Shown in pieces: positions 12,446 through 25,100 of a DNA stretch of 64,000 nt (position 1 is the first letter of the stretch; every line of letters starts with the position of its first letter). The stretch comes from Phoronis australis. Taxonomy: Eukaryota; Animalia; Phoronida. The translations under genes were made by a program, and so were the position numbers. The stretch covers positions 127,625 to 191,624 of the forward strand of contig NMRA01000081.1 in NCBI GenBank assembly GCA_002633005.1, given 5' to 3'. The notes beneath the pieces are model-generated. The model was given only the letters and a program-made list of their open reading frames with translations. It searched no databases and was not told where the DNA came from.

Positions 12446-15059
12446 TGAAGGATAGGCAGAGTGTAGACAGGACATACCATAGCAAAAACCAGTTCGAGGA
12501 ATGCTGAAGGGTTATGTAGGGCCTTATTGACAGGTCTGAGAATTTAGCCAAATATTTGATTTTAATTCATTAAAATTATATATTTTCTAAATGTAGAAAG
12601 CCTGTAGAACTTAATTTTTGACTTTTTAACACTTTGTCATTAGCTAAATCTTGTGAGAATGTCTTTTGGAGAAACTTAGCAAAAAAGAGAGGTACTATAA
12701 CAAAATCATGGTGTCAACAACATGACCAAACTTCATTTGATATAAATGAAATCTCAAAAGCACTGTTACAAAGTAACAATTTTCTTAAATAATATCATTT
12801 CATTTTTGTTTTTTATGAAAATCATAAACAACTTTTAATATTTTATTGAAAATCATCCTATCACTCCAATTTTGATAGCCCCTCGTGCAAAAGACATTTC
12901 TGAGATATCAATGTTCCAAAACTGGCCATTTTTCTAGGGTTATACATAAAAATTAAAAACGTTTCCAAATACAAGACTGACATATCAGCCAACCTATGCT
13001 GTAGTATTTAGAAATGCACTTTGTAGATTTATCTTCCTACTTGTTATAGTAGTTTCCGTTGGAAAAGAACATTATTGAAAAAGCGTGTTGCAGTTGGTAT
13101 ATCAATGTTCACCTTCCTCCTGTTTGTCTCATGTGCATCAAGAAGTAAGTCTCAGGCAAAAACTGGCACTAATTAAAGGACTATTTCTTTATCTCTGTGA
13201 ATTTTCTTATTTTTCTCAAACCATGTATGCTTTCCAATGTTAAATGTCTTGTTTTTACAGTTCAGTTAAGACTAAAATCTACAGAAAAAGGCAAAACAAA
13301 ACAGTACCATGCCATCTTATTTTGCTCATACAAAGAGCAGTTGTGAGAAATGTTTGAAATATCAAGTACCTTTTATAATCAAGTCATTGTGTTCCTTCAG
13401 ATATCTGTCAAAATTAGCAGTCATGGTATAATTTGTTTTCTCAAAATGTTTCCAAAAATATATTATTAAATCTTATAATGTTGTTTGTACATATTTGATT
13501 ATCTGGCTTGTTCTCATACATTTTAATTGTCACCCAGATTCTGTTAATTCATTCATACAATTTCTGTTGTCTTCTTTTGTTTTTAATATGGCTGCTGGGT
13601 ATATAGACTTAAATACCTAATTATTGCATTCTATCTGCATTGAAATCTTTTTACGTTCACGGCTCACGTTTAACTAGATTAGACATGTTAGAATAGATTC
13701 GATAAGAATAGCTTAGATTTGATAAGATTAGATAAGGTTTTTCTTTTTTTTTTGGATTGTTTTAGGCGGTCAACATGCAGCGACACCTGTCTTTGTTTGA
13801 CGACCTCATGTTGGCATATGTTTGCTCAGGTTTGCTCGTCCATGATGCTTGACACAAAAATAAACAACTTCTTCCTCCTCTTGTCCTTATCAAACAACTT
13901 CAGGCATAAATGATAAGTGAAGCATTACTCAAAGACAACGACTATTTCCAATGACATGTGCAGTCTTCATTCATAAAGTCAGAGAGAACCCATATTGCTT
14001 ACCAGTGTTATGTCAAATGCTCTCAACAGGAGCATAGCGTATTTGGACATACATAACTAATTACTTGGTAACAATAATGTTACCATACAATCACCAACTC
14101 GTAAAATATTACATAAAACTCAGGTCATTCGTCCAAGGATGGTCAACCATACGTACACACCCACAGTTAATTTTCCACTAAGAGCAAAAGCTATGCTTTG
14201 CTAACTATGAATTCCTCAAGCCAAACACCCTCCAAAAATATGGTAATCAAAGGAAAAAAACAGAGTTGGTTACAAATCTTTTTTTTTTCTTTTTTTTTGA
14301 AAGTCAGTGGTCCACCACTTTTTAGTAACATATTTTCAAAAAAGAAAATGCACGTGCGACGGGCATTGCTTACCCTTGCTTCATTGCCTTTACACAAGAA
14401 AACGAGATCTGCATTGAAATTGATAAGACAATCGTGGTTTTCGCTGATGAGTGTAGAACTGAAAATGAGTCAGGGTAAAGACCGGAACCGACTAGTTTCG
14501 CTTAATCTCCATTTAACGCAAATGAAATCCATGGAATATCACTTGAAGCAATGTCACTGATGCAAACCTGTTTTTCTGTTTAAAAGGGATCACCTTCTTT
14601 CGATCAACACACAATTAATTTACAAAAGTATGATTATAATACGAAATCAAATAGATGCTGGAATGCCGTGTAGTTACCGACGGATAAAAATATAAAATAG
14701 TAAAACTAGTAAAACTAAAACGACGTCGTTTTAGTTTTACTAACTTTTGTTATTATTTATAATATGATGTAGATTATGAAGTTGAAATTTATCAGTGGTC
14801 AGTATTTCGTAGACAATACGACACATTTACAGTAGTTTTTCCAACGTCGACTCAGGATTGATAAACAAATAATTGGAATTTGCTGGGAATCAATTCTGAA
14901 ACCTTTCACTTCAAGGTCCACAACTTTACCCCCTTAAAAAAATAAATGTAGGTGGTCTCCTACACTTTCAACCAGATGCACGCAGGCTGTTCATAGGGGC
15001 CCAGCCACCGATCACCTGGAACCACTTTAATGTTTTATTACTAGTAATACAACATTACC

Positions 15060-15187
15060 TAAAACCGAGCTGAGGAGCTGGAGACCTGACTCAAGGGTTT
15101 AGCAGTGTACCCCAGTGGGACTCGAACACACGACCTTGAGTAAAGGAAGTCGACACTTATCCCACTAGGCCCGGCCACACTGCCTCC
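15060..15187 (-). mobile_element. tRNA-derived SINE, copy 2
   Basis: Reverse complement reads ggaggcagtgtggcc...gtgttcgagtcccactgg...gctcctcagctc. Confidence 0.7.
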
Positions 15188-16462
15188 TCGAAATTTTAGC
15201 GCTTAAGTCATTATTACATCTTAGTGACATGAAAAAACTACATGTCGACCTCGGTAAGTCAATAATTGTACGAATCAGTGTTGTCAGCTGGTGCAGTTTA
15301 CTTCTGATCAGATGTTCTTGCGTTCTAAATACCAGGAGCAAGTTCTTGATTGAACACATATCAATGTCAGCCAGATGCTGGTTCATTAATGAACAAGAGC
15401 AACTCTTTTAATGGACTACTGGTAGCGCATCCAGTTTATAGTCATTGAAGTCCCTAAAGGTTGTACACCAGCCATTTGACATTCTAGGTCCAGCTTAAAA
15501 CACATGCGTCTAAAGACGTGAATTTGTGTACATTAGCTGCATTTATTTTATCAAACAAAAAGTAAATCAACTGAGCATTCGATTACCATGTAATCGCCCG
15601 TACGCCATTGGCATCCACAGGCAATGTACAGCCTAGGCAACACGTAACCCCTCGGTTGGCCTGCGGTGTCCAGGGTGATGTAATTGCCTATGTACTGCCT
15701 AGTCTATAGTCTTGACTATGCCTCGGTACTGATAGAGTATAACGGACCCTGTTGATTTAGAGAACCAATACTATTTTATGGGTACACTTACGCAATATGT
15801 TGCTGTCTTGGGTCAAGGCTTTTCATCGTTGCTTTGAGTGTAATAAAGGCACTGGTCGGATATAGCAGTCCCTGAGTTTGAAAATCAGTTTCATACACTG
15901 AATAATGGGACCATTATTCAGTTAAATGATTGGTTCTCAAAATCAGTGCCTGGTTGAATAGGGGGGTTCATTTAAAAGAGAATTGAGAACCAGTTACTCC
16001 TGTCCTTATAGTGAATGACTAACAGGCATTTCGTTGGGAGTATATTAGGGACGTGACAAAGTCTTGTCTCAACGCTGATTGGCTTTTCCCAGATATTGCG
16101 TAATGGCGATTATCGATAAGACAGCCATTGTCTCACGGTGGCTATAGTATTTCAGCTCTCTCTCCTCCAGAAACCAAGAAAACAGGGAACCACATTATTG
16201 ATGACGTAGACCGTAAATTCTTCTGGGCATACGTCATTTTCTTTGTTGAATTTTCATTCTTGTCAAAGCATGTCACTGGTGAGAAGTTGGGGGAATTTTT
16301 CGCTCCTGTTTGACTGCTTGTATTTTGAAAGGTAAGTNTCAGTGCCTAGTTGAATAGGGGGGTTCATTTAAAAGAGAATTGAGAACCAGTTACTCCTGTC
16401 CTTATAGTGAATGACTAACAGGCATTTCGTTGGGAGTATATGGTTCTCAAATTACTTTTAAT

Positions 16463-17196
16463 CACAGGCGTCCTCAGCTTCTGATCGTCCCCACTACACT
16501 ATATATAATACTACAAGGTATGACACTCCCGACCAGAAATTCCAAGGGTGCTTCACTTCAACCGTCCATATCAAACACAAAACTCGATAAATTTACACAA
16601 AACAAGGTTTCAACAAACCATTAGCAATTGTTGGTTCTTCTAATACCATTCACGGTGTCCTGCTCCAGCGAGATCGCAACAAATTCGCCGTCAAAGTACA
16701 AAAATGTTCCCAAAAAGCTCACGCATTGAGCCTCCTTGGACGGTTCAAGGTCAAGGACGGTACGGAATTATCCGAAGAGTTATGGATGGATGGCAATTGC
16801 CGGCTTGTCACGGAAGGTTACGAAATGGTCTGGCTAATGTGGAGTTATCGATGTCGTGACAGTCCGTGACAAATCAGCAATTGCCATACTATCCTTGACC
16901 TCAAACCATCCAAGGAGGCTCGATGCGTGGGCTTTTTGGGAACATTTTTGTACTTTGACCGCGAATTTGTTGTGATCTCGTTGGAGCAGGACACCGTGAA
17001 TGTTATTAGAAGGAACAAAAATTGCTAATTTATTTGGTTTGCTGAAACCTTGTTTTGTGTAAATTTATTGAGTATTGGGTTTGATTATGATGTGGACGGC
17101 TGAAGTGAAGCACCCATGGAATTTCTGGTCCAGAGTGTCATACCTTTTAGTATTATATAGTGTACTAGGGACGATCAGAAGCTGAGGACACCAGTG
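16463..17196. mobile_element. Foldback DNA transposon (about 730 bp, very long TIRs, 8-bp TSD; hAT or P superfamily)
   Basis: Arms of about 340 bp are reverse complements (CACAGGCGTCCTCAGCTTCTGATCGTCCC... / ...GGGACGATCAGAAGCTGAGGACACCAGTG). Exact flanking duplication CTTTTAAT at 16455-16462 and 17197-17204. Confidence 0.9.
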
Positions 17197-18223
17197 CTTT
17201 TAATCAGGGACCCACCTACTCAGTACTGGGTACAAATCTAATGTCAATATTAACTGAACAAGCGTTTCAGTGGGAGTAACTGGTTCTCCAATCACTTTTA
17301 ATCAATGACAAAACTATTCGAATATTACCATGTTGGGTACAAATATTCCCAGTGATCCTGTGTTCAGCTTAGTTCGGATGTTTTATGTGGGTAGTCCCGC
17401 GCCATCCGAGGAAAGACGTGGCCGTGGCCGTGGCTGGGTAATAAGCCCCCGGTCCGAACAGCGGCCACAATGGTCACTGCCAATGACGCTGGAACAACCG
17501 TTTCTAGAAGGCATTAAACATTGGTAAATTCGAAAAGTGACATTTATAAACCCCTTTATGCTTTAAATTTACCATTAGAACTGATAACATACCTATTTTT
17601 TTCAGTCAGGAAAAGTTTGTTGACTTGGTGACTCCTTCCGACCACACAACTTTAACTTCGTTAAGCTATAGACACGGGTCATTGAATGAATAGACCTATG
17701 TAAACATAACTCTAAAGCTCTTGCCAAAACCTTCAATTTGCCTTGAAAATTTCAGTTTATAATGGATTTTTTGTGTTTTAATAGACTTAAAGTTAAAATT
17801 AGAACAATTCTGCAGCTGGCTGCAGATAAATTTAGCACTTTTAGTTTTGTTGTTTACTTTCGATTTTTCAGTAAACGGCAAATCTGAACTTATCTTACAA
17901 CAGTTTTGCTGAATTGGTCGTAATGTAGAAATTCAATTGTTTTAGTTATCAACAAATAAAAAAGAATAGCTTTGTAAAAACATTGTAAAACTCCGAAAGT
18001 GGAGCGCACAAGTTTGCGCGACTTTGTTTCTCGTTGATGGAGGGAAAAACAAAAAAATTATCACTGATTACTGGTTTATTCTCGCCAACATACCTCTGAG
18101 ACATCATAGATTAGTGAGAGGAATGTCCGAAAGATCGAGAAGGTGATAGTTTTACGTAATTACTCATTGGACATTACTCATCGCTTAAAATTTGAAAGTC
18201 ATTGCTGTACTCTGATGTGTAGA

Positions 18224-18957
18224 CCTCGCTGGGGCACTACCACTACTAGTCCGATACTAGTCGGACCCTGATTTAGAGAACCAGTTTCATCCACTAAATA
18301 ACGGGGCCGTTATTTAGTGATTGCCTGGTTCTCTAAGTCAGGGTCCATTATATCCGACTAGTACCCCTCGCTGGTTCCCTACATGCCTAGCCAGCACGCA
18401 GGTATCGTGCAGTGGCACGCGCTTTAGCATTGATTGACAACCGTTGATGTAACCTCAGCAGTCATTGGTTAGCTTTATAACACCATGAAAAAATGGCGGA
18501 ATGTGAACGATTTTTAGCCTTGCCATGCAAGTGGCGTTGCAGCAACAATTCGTTTCTGCAGTAATGTTTAATAGCCGCGTGCTTGAAGCACATACATGTA
18601 CAATAAACACATATCTGGCCGATTTAAGTGGTGTGTTATTCATACTGTATGAATACAGGACAGTATCGTAAACAAAAGTCATCGACAGTAGAAAGATGCA
18701 TTCCGAATAGGCGCAATCACAATTACTAGGATTCATATTTCCTGAACATAAATTTTAAGCACCGATTTGTCTGTACAACAGACCATATTTACACTTCAGA
18801 CCATCAGTCATGCCAGTTTGTATGCGTAAAGCGCTGTCTGTTGAGAATTTGACTAACCAATCAGAAACGCTGGTGTAAAAAAATTTTTCGAGGAAAATTA
18901 AGTGATACCTGCATGTTGGCTACTGACCACCTAGCAGCACGCAGGGAACCAGCGAGG
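18224..18957. mobile_element. Nested MITE stack (outer element with 8-bp TSD plus two inserted elements)
   Basis: Outer TIRs CCTCGCTGGTTCCCT / AGGGAACCAGCGAGG with TSD TGTGTAGA (18216-18223, 18958-18965). Hairpin MITE 18233-18365 is flanked by a 9-bp duplication CCTCGCTGG. Inner element 18388-18922 has TIRs TAGCCAGCACGCAGGTATC / GATACCTGCATGTTGGCTA. Confidence 0.8.
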
Positions 18958-18976
18958 TGTGTAGACTAGAGACGAC

Positions 18977-19098
18977 GGCACTGGTTGTATGTGGCGGTCT
19001 CTGAATTTGAGAACCAAACAATCACTGAATAACGCGTCCGTTATTCAGTGGATGAAACTGGTTCTCAAAGTCAGGGACCACTTTATCCGACTAGTGCC
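18977..19098. mobile_element. Small hairpin MITE (GGCACT...AGTGCC family); other copies at 18233-18365 and about 15848-15945
   Basis: Internal palindrome gagaacc...cactgaataacg-cgtc-cgttattcagtg...ggttctc. Confidence 0.7.
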
Positions 19099-22027
19099 AC
19101 TGCAGACTTAGTCACTCAGTGTAGTGTAGTCGATGGTGTAGCCCACGGTAGGCAGCCAGCTGGCTGTATGAAGACTATCGTCAAAATACAGCTAGGACAG
19201 GTACCACTGTGTGTATTTCATCCCTAGACCCCGAAATTGCGCACATCCACCTCGCCATGAAACTTATATCAACATGTAAAGCTAAACACCGGACGGGATG
19301 CATGCAAAATCTGGGAATCAACCGACACTCACCTTGCCCGTTACAGCCATTTAAGTGAAAAACAATGCAATAAATGTCATTTTCTTGCGTAACTCTCCAC
19401 CTTCTCTAACAATGAAAAGTATGTCATCATTTTGAAAACAGTGTGCTCGTGTCACGCGCACACGCCATTTCCTAAATTTTTGCGACATCTCTCGGGAGAT
19501 GATGATAGCTTGGCAGCAGCAAAATTTCTTCTGAAATTCGGTTTTTCAGTATCAAAATTCTAAAAACTTATAATGAAGTGAAACCAGTTCCGATAATTTG
19601 TTGTGACGTGTACGCAACATCGTGAAAGAAAAACAGTTGATTGAAGAAAAAAAGAAACTGGCCAATGGGTGGCGCAATATTTCATGGCGTCGAAAGCCGT
19701 CTCTAAAGATCGCTCCACGACTTTAGCAGCAGAATAACGGTAGAACGCCATTTTTCCAACACCGTTAAATAATTTAGTTTACTCATGGAAGACTGTAGTT
19801 TTTAATGACACTAACTTTGTGTCAGATTTTATCGTACCACTTTTTATCCACATCGGTGCAAAGCTGTATATTTAGTATGCAGCTTCGTACCAAGGCTAAA
19901 CCCACGGCCACGGGCACTTATTTCCACTCACATCTTCATTTACTTTATGTTGGATGGTCTTCCAACAGTTCTCATTTAATCTCGTCACTATGTGATGGAA
20001 GATGATGGCAGCTTCGCAGAGCAGCAAAATTTGTTCTGAAATTTGCTGTGCTGGTTTTTAAAAAAACTTATTTACTAAATGAAACCAGTATTTGTTGTGA
20101 CATGAACGCAACCTTGCGGAAGAATAACGATTGACTAATCGTTAAAAAAAGAAACTGGCCAATAGGTGACGCCATATTTCATCAAAAGCCAACGCATAAA
20201 ATCGCTCCTTAGAATAACGGTAGAACGCCAATTTTCCCAACACTGGTAAATGACTTAGCTTACGCGAGAAAGAATGTAGTTTTTAATGACACTAATTTTG
20301 TGTCGTATTTTATTTAGACATTTTTACCCACATTTGGGGCAATATACAGCTTTGCACCAATTAGGCTAGGTCATGTGGTAGAGTGCAGACTGTAGAAAAA
20401 TCAGCATGCTGACCTCCCAACACTGAAATTTAGGTGATGGAGTAACTCTGTTTCCTCCAGTGCATGTGTTTTATCGTTGTTTGGCACTGATATTGAAAAA
20501 TCTGCCAACAACCGAGACTTAAACCAGGTTTCCCCACGTGAGAGCTGAGCGTCCAACCCGTTTGTCTAAGAAGTAATTGCAACAGTTCCCAGTTGCCAAA
20601 CAACTTAAAGTTGCCATTAGGGCGTTCTCTCATTTAGTGATTTTACCAGACGTAAGCCGGTTGTGAACGTGTCATAACATCGGACTCCGTTGCTAATTGC
20701 TGAGCCCAGTCTTTGTCTGGTATGACAACATGCAGGCCAACTATCGACCAGGCTTCAAGTTCAAAGGGTTACTGAAACCAAGCAGAACTACTTTCGACAT
20801 CGGGTAACAGAGGTTTTTAAGAAAACAAGGAATAAATGATGGCAACTGAGGTCATGTTTTCTCATTTTGTCAAGAGGCATTTTATTGGCAATGGAACTTG
20901 TCCTGTGAAAGATTTAGCTTCAGCTTGGAGTGGACTACAGCAAACATTATTGACTCTGAAAAGTAGACTTGCTCTCGAGCTAGTTTGTTGGAGAGAAAAG
21001 TCTAACAAAAGAGAGCTAACCCTCCAACTATAAATGCCAGAATGGGGTTAATCATTCATGTAAGATACTTGCTACATTAATAAACCGGCCAACTTGTTCA
21101 TTTGCCATTCGATCGAACAAGTTGGGGTCAACAGGAGAACACTGACATGCTTTAACTTGGACTGTCATGCCTAGAGTGGCAGTCACGGGATACAACGCTC
21201 TTTCTCACCAATATGAGGCAGGTACCCTTCATCAGCCGCTTAGAACAATCATATCACCATATCCTTTGTATGATTTCCATGTGACTGACTCACCTTAGTT
21301 GGGGTTTCTGTGCAACTCACCTTATTTGGGCGTCAGTGTTGAAAAATCTGCCTGCACTGAGACTTGAAGCAGGTTTCCCATCGTGAAACTTGCAGTGTCC
21401 ATACTGTTAGCTAAAAGGCAATTACCGTTTGGAAAAATGCGAATTTCTTAGCAAATTTTGCTTTGGCGAAGTTGACAATCATCTATCTAAAGATGTCACA
21501 AGCGTAGGCCTACTGTAATGAGGTCAACAACAGACTTTTTAGTTATAAATCCCGGTGAATGGCAAGAGCAAATGGCGTGTCGTTGATGGTTATTCACTTT
21601 AACACATAAGTTGTGTGTCACTTGACTCACAGATTTTCAAACACCCCATCTAGCTGCTAGCTCTACATGTAGATAGTGCCATCGTCTCAACTGGGCCCGG
21701 TAGAGACTGTGGCCTATCCCTAGGCCCTTCACATGCCTGAAGCTTTTTGGTGAATTATGCCTCACACTGATTAAACCATCTTTTTTGCATAGAGGGACAT
21801 CTTAGGAGTGTGTTGATGTCTTTAACTCTTCCCAGCTTTAACAAATACTCCCGCAATCAAACTCTATTTGAACTGTCTTTCGTTCAGTTGCCCAAATTGG
21901 CAACTGGCAATATTTACACTGTCGCACTAGCATCACCTGGTCGCACTACCATCACCTGGTAAGTCACCCTAAGTTTATCCTTCCCTCAATTTCTTAGAAT
22001 CAACCCAAAACTTCTCTTCCCTTCCAG

Positions 22028-22133
22028 GACACGTGGTAAAGCAGTTGATTACTCCAAGTACAGTGGGGACTTTGGAGACAGTGATGGTAAGATGAGAACA
22101 CTGCATGACAACCTTTGTTACATATATATACAC

Positions 22134-22197
<64 letters not shown>

Positions 22198-25100
22198 TGA
22201 GTCTACGGGGTAAAGTGCTAGTTATGCTCTAACTGTACGTCACCATTTAGACTACGACCAATTTACACTTGTGAAAATGGTAATACTTGTTTACTACGAG
22301 TGCTGTTTGCCAAAAAAACGTAGTTGGTTCTGATGTTCCCCCAACTTATTTTGAGACCTGCATTTACCGACTAAAAAACACTCCCATCAACTCCAACTTA
22401 ATTCTGGTGTTGTTTTTTCTTTGAAAAGCTGTACAAAAGCCCATGAGAAAGGTTTGAAATGCCATGATTTGCAGAGTATAGGGCATAATTTTTGTTCTCA
22501 TAATTAAAAAATACCATAACACCTTCTCAATTTTCAGAAATAAACACCAGAATTGACTTCTCTTTTGTTGCCTTAATTAGTGAGTATGTTGACATATATT
22601 CATCTCTTGTAATAGATGATTTTGCATCGTCATCACCACCGCCCAGAAAATCAAAGTTGTCATCAAAAGCCAGGGATAAACCAAAGACAACTCAGAGAAA
22701 GCAGCCAAGTAAGAGAAGGTAAAATTTCTTTAGAATATTAATTTTATGCAATATTATTTTGCCACTAATTGCTCGAGTCTATACGCATGAAATTGCCTGC
22801 CTGGTCTTAACAGATCCTTAAAGTCATGTAGGACCCTATCAATGCGTTTGTGTATTTAGCTAAGTATTTTCAAAGCTATAGATTTTAACTATTAAGGCAA
22901 AGTATACATTTTCTGAAAGTGGAAGGCCAGTAGAATTTCATTTTTGACTTTTTAACACTCTGTTGTTAATTGGGTCATGTGACAATGTCTTTTAAGTGAA
23001 ATTAAGCAAAGGTAAATAGATAACAAAACAACGGTATCAGTAAAATTTACCAAATTCCATTTGATGTGTTCTAGATGAAATCTCAAAAACTCTGTAACAA
23101 TTTTCTAAATTATCATTTTGTTTTAGTTAAATGCAACCGTTTTTCATGAAAATCATAAAATTCCTATTTTTGATAGCCCCTTATGCAAAAGTGGAGCAGG
23201 GTATTAGAGAATGTTGTATAAAGCAGAAATTTTCGTAACTATAAATCTGATCGGCCTTTGTTGATGTTCCAAAATTGGCCAAATTAAGATATTTTTCTAC
23301 ACCCCTACATATTAACCTTAAATCTGCTTTCTAGTAAATAAGGATGTTTCAGTTCTTGTGAAGCCCAGGAACAGCTGGGATCAATATACAATGTTTGACT
23401 TCTGCAGTGTCTTTGCATCAGTTGACGTAATTAATGAAAGCAGACACGTATTGAGTTTATGAGTGCAACACACTGAAAGCTATTGTTCTTAAAATAAAAC
23501 TGCATATAATTAAAAGCCATCTGTTTCATTTGTTTGTTATCTTCCTTTATGTGTTCTGGCGATTCTCTTCAGTTTCATTTTCCAGTGCATATTGTCCCCC
23601 ATGTTGTACTAATGTTACCATTTCTGGACTGTTTTCACAGACCCTCAGAAATTAAAATGGACGTGAAATTTTGTGAAAGATGGGACTGTTGTTTCTTAGT
23701 GTTTGAAGGTGTAGGGCAAATACTACATTGTTTGAGTTGGAGACTTTTTATGGAACTTGGTTTATTTCTTTCATAGCAGCTTTAAAATGCCCAGTAGGAC
23801 CAGTAGTTGATAAAACAAAATACCTATTAAATTGGGTTGATAGCACAGTCCTGTTACCCATTTTCAGTGATGGAAAATTTAGGTATCCTGTTCTAATCCA
23901 GTAACCTTACAATTTTGGATTCGAGAAAATATGCTTGTGTTTTTATTTGAACATGTGTGACTTATTTACAGGAAAAAAGATGATAAAGGTTTTGAGGAAG
24001 ACGAAGATCTTAAGATTGCGATCGAACTGTCCTTGAGTGACAATTCTCAAAACACCTGTCCTTTTACAGACAACACTGAAAGTACGTCTGGTTTTTATTC
24101 GTAAACAAGGTTCAAATTTCATCAACAAAATCACATGCGTAAGGTCCAGATGGAGTAGAGGAAATGTGACCCAGTGAAACACGAACCCTGGCATCATTAA
24201 TGTCTTGCAACCATTGTGTTATATTGTGAAGTGTTGGGAAGAAAACAGTTGCCTGTTTCCTTGACAACAATTTTAGGAAGCTTTATGTGTCATTGTTATC
24301 AGATGTCAGTCTGAAACTGTGCTCCATCTGATGTGTCTTGATAATGCTTATTGTTCATTGTCTGACTAATTGTAATTCTTGTGCCTCTAAGGTGTCATTC
24401 AATTCAGGGCTTGTAATTTTCCTCTTTTAAGATGGTTTCCTTGTTTTTAGTTTCAATTTCCTTTTACTTGATATCCAGTTTCCTCTTTTTTCATCTCTTT
24501 CTTCATCTCTTTAGCATTATTTTGACTTTATGCGTGCAAAAAACTTTTCTTGCAGTTAAATTTCACAACACAAACAATATTTCTACCACATAAGTCTATT
24601 TATTTGTAGAAGGATACATCACCTGGAAAATTTTCTTCTTTTTTGTCATGGATCAATCCAAGCCCCACTCACCACTTTATATTGAATTTATTGAATTGTC
24701 GCAGTTGCATACAGTCACCGTTTATTGCTAGCCTAATAGTTTGGTTAGTTACTATAGTGATAGTTGCTAGGTGTCACTGTTAATTTTGGTAGGAAACACC
24801 CGACAAGACAACGAACCAGGTTTGATCACCGTGATTAGTGATGGTGAAGGAAGTCCAGTGAAGCATTCACCTGTGAAGAACTCACCTGTGAAGACCTCAG
24901 CTATAAAATGTGATAAAAAGAGTAATGGGCCCAGCAAGACAGATGAAGAATATGTAGTTAGTGAAGGTGAGTACGGTAAACATTCTTTAGTTTGGAACAA
25001 TCTGTAAATGTGACGCTTTGAAATTCAAGCTGAAATTGAAATTTTTTGATTCCGAAAATTGGGACATGAGAAATTTTGGTGTTCGTCTTATCTCTCAAAT

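Noticed and set aside
15943-16441. ~100-bp near-identical direct repeat (15943-16045 and 16339-16441), resembling LTRs
   Set aside because: The second copy starts immediately after an n at 16338, so it is most likely a contig-overlap or haplotype artefact. No TG...CA ends, PBS or PPT.
21493-21510. ATGTCACAAGC|GTAGGC as RAD51AP1 exon 1
   Set aside because: The phase fits but the donor is weak and there is no other support; left unassigned.
21975-22193. CVCVCV ORFs
   Set aside because: Translation of a microsatellite, antisense to RAD51AP1 exon 2.
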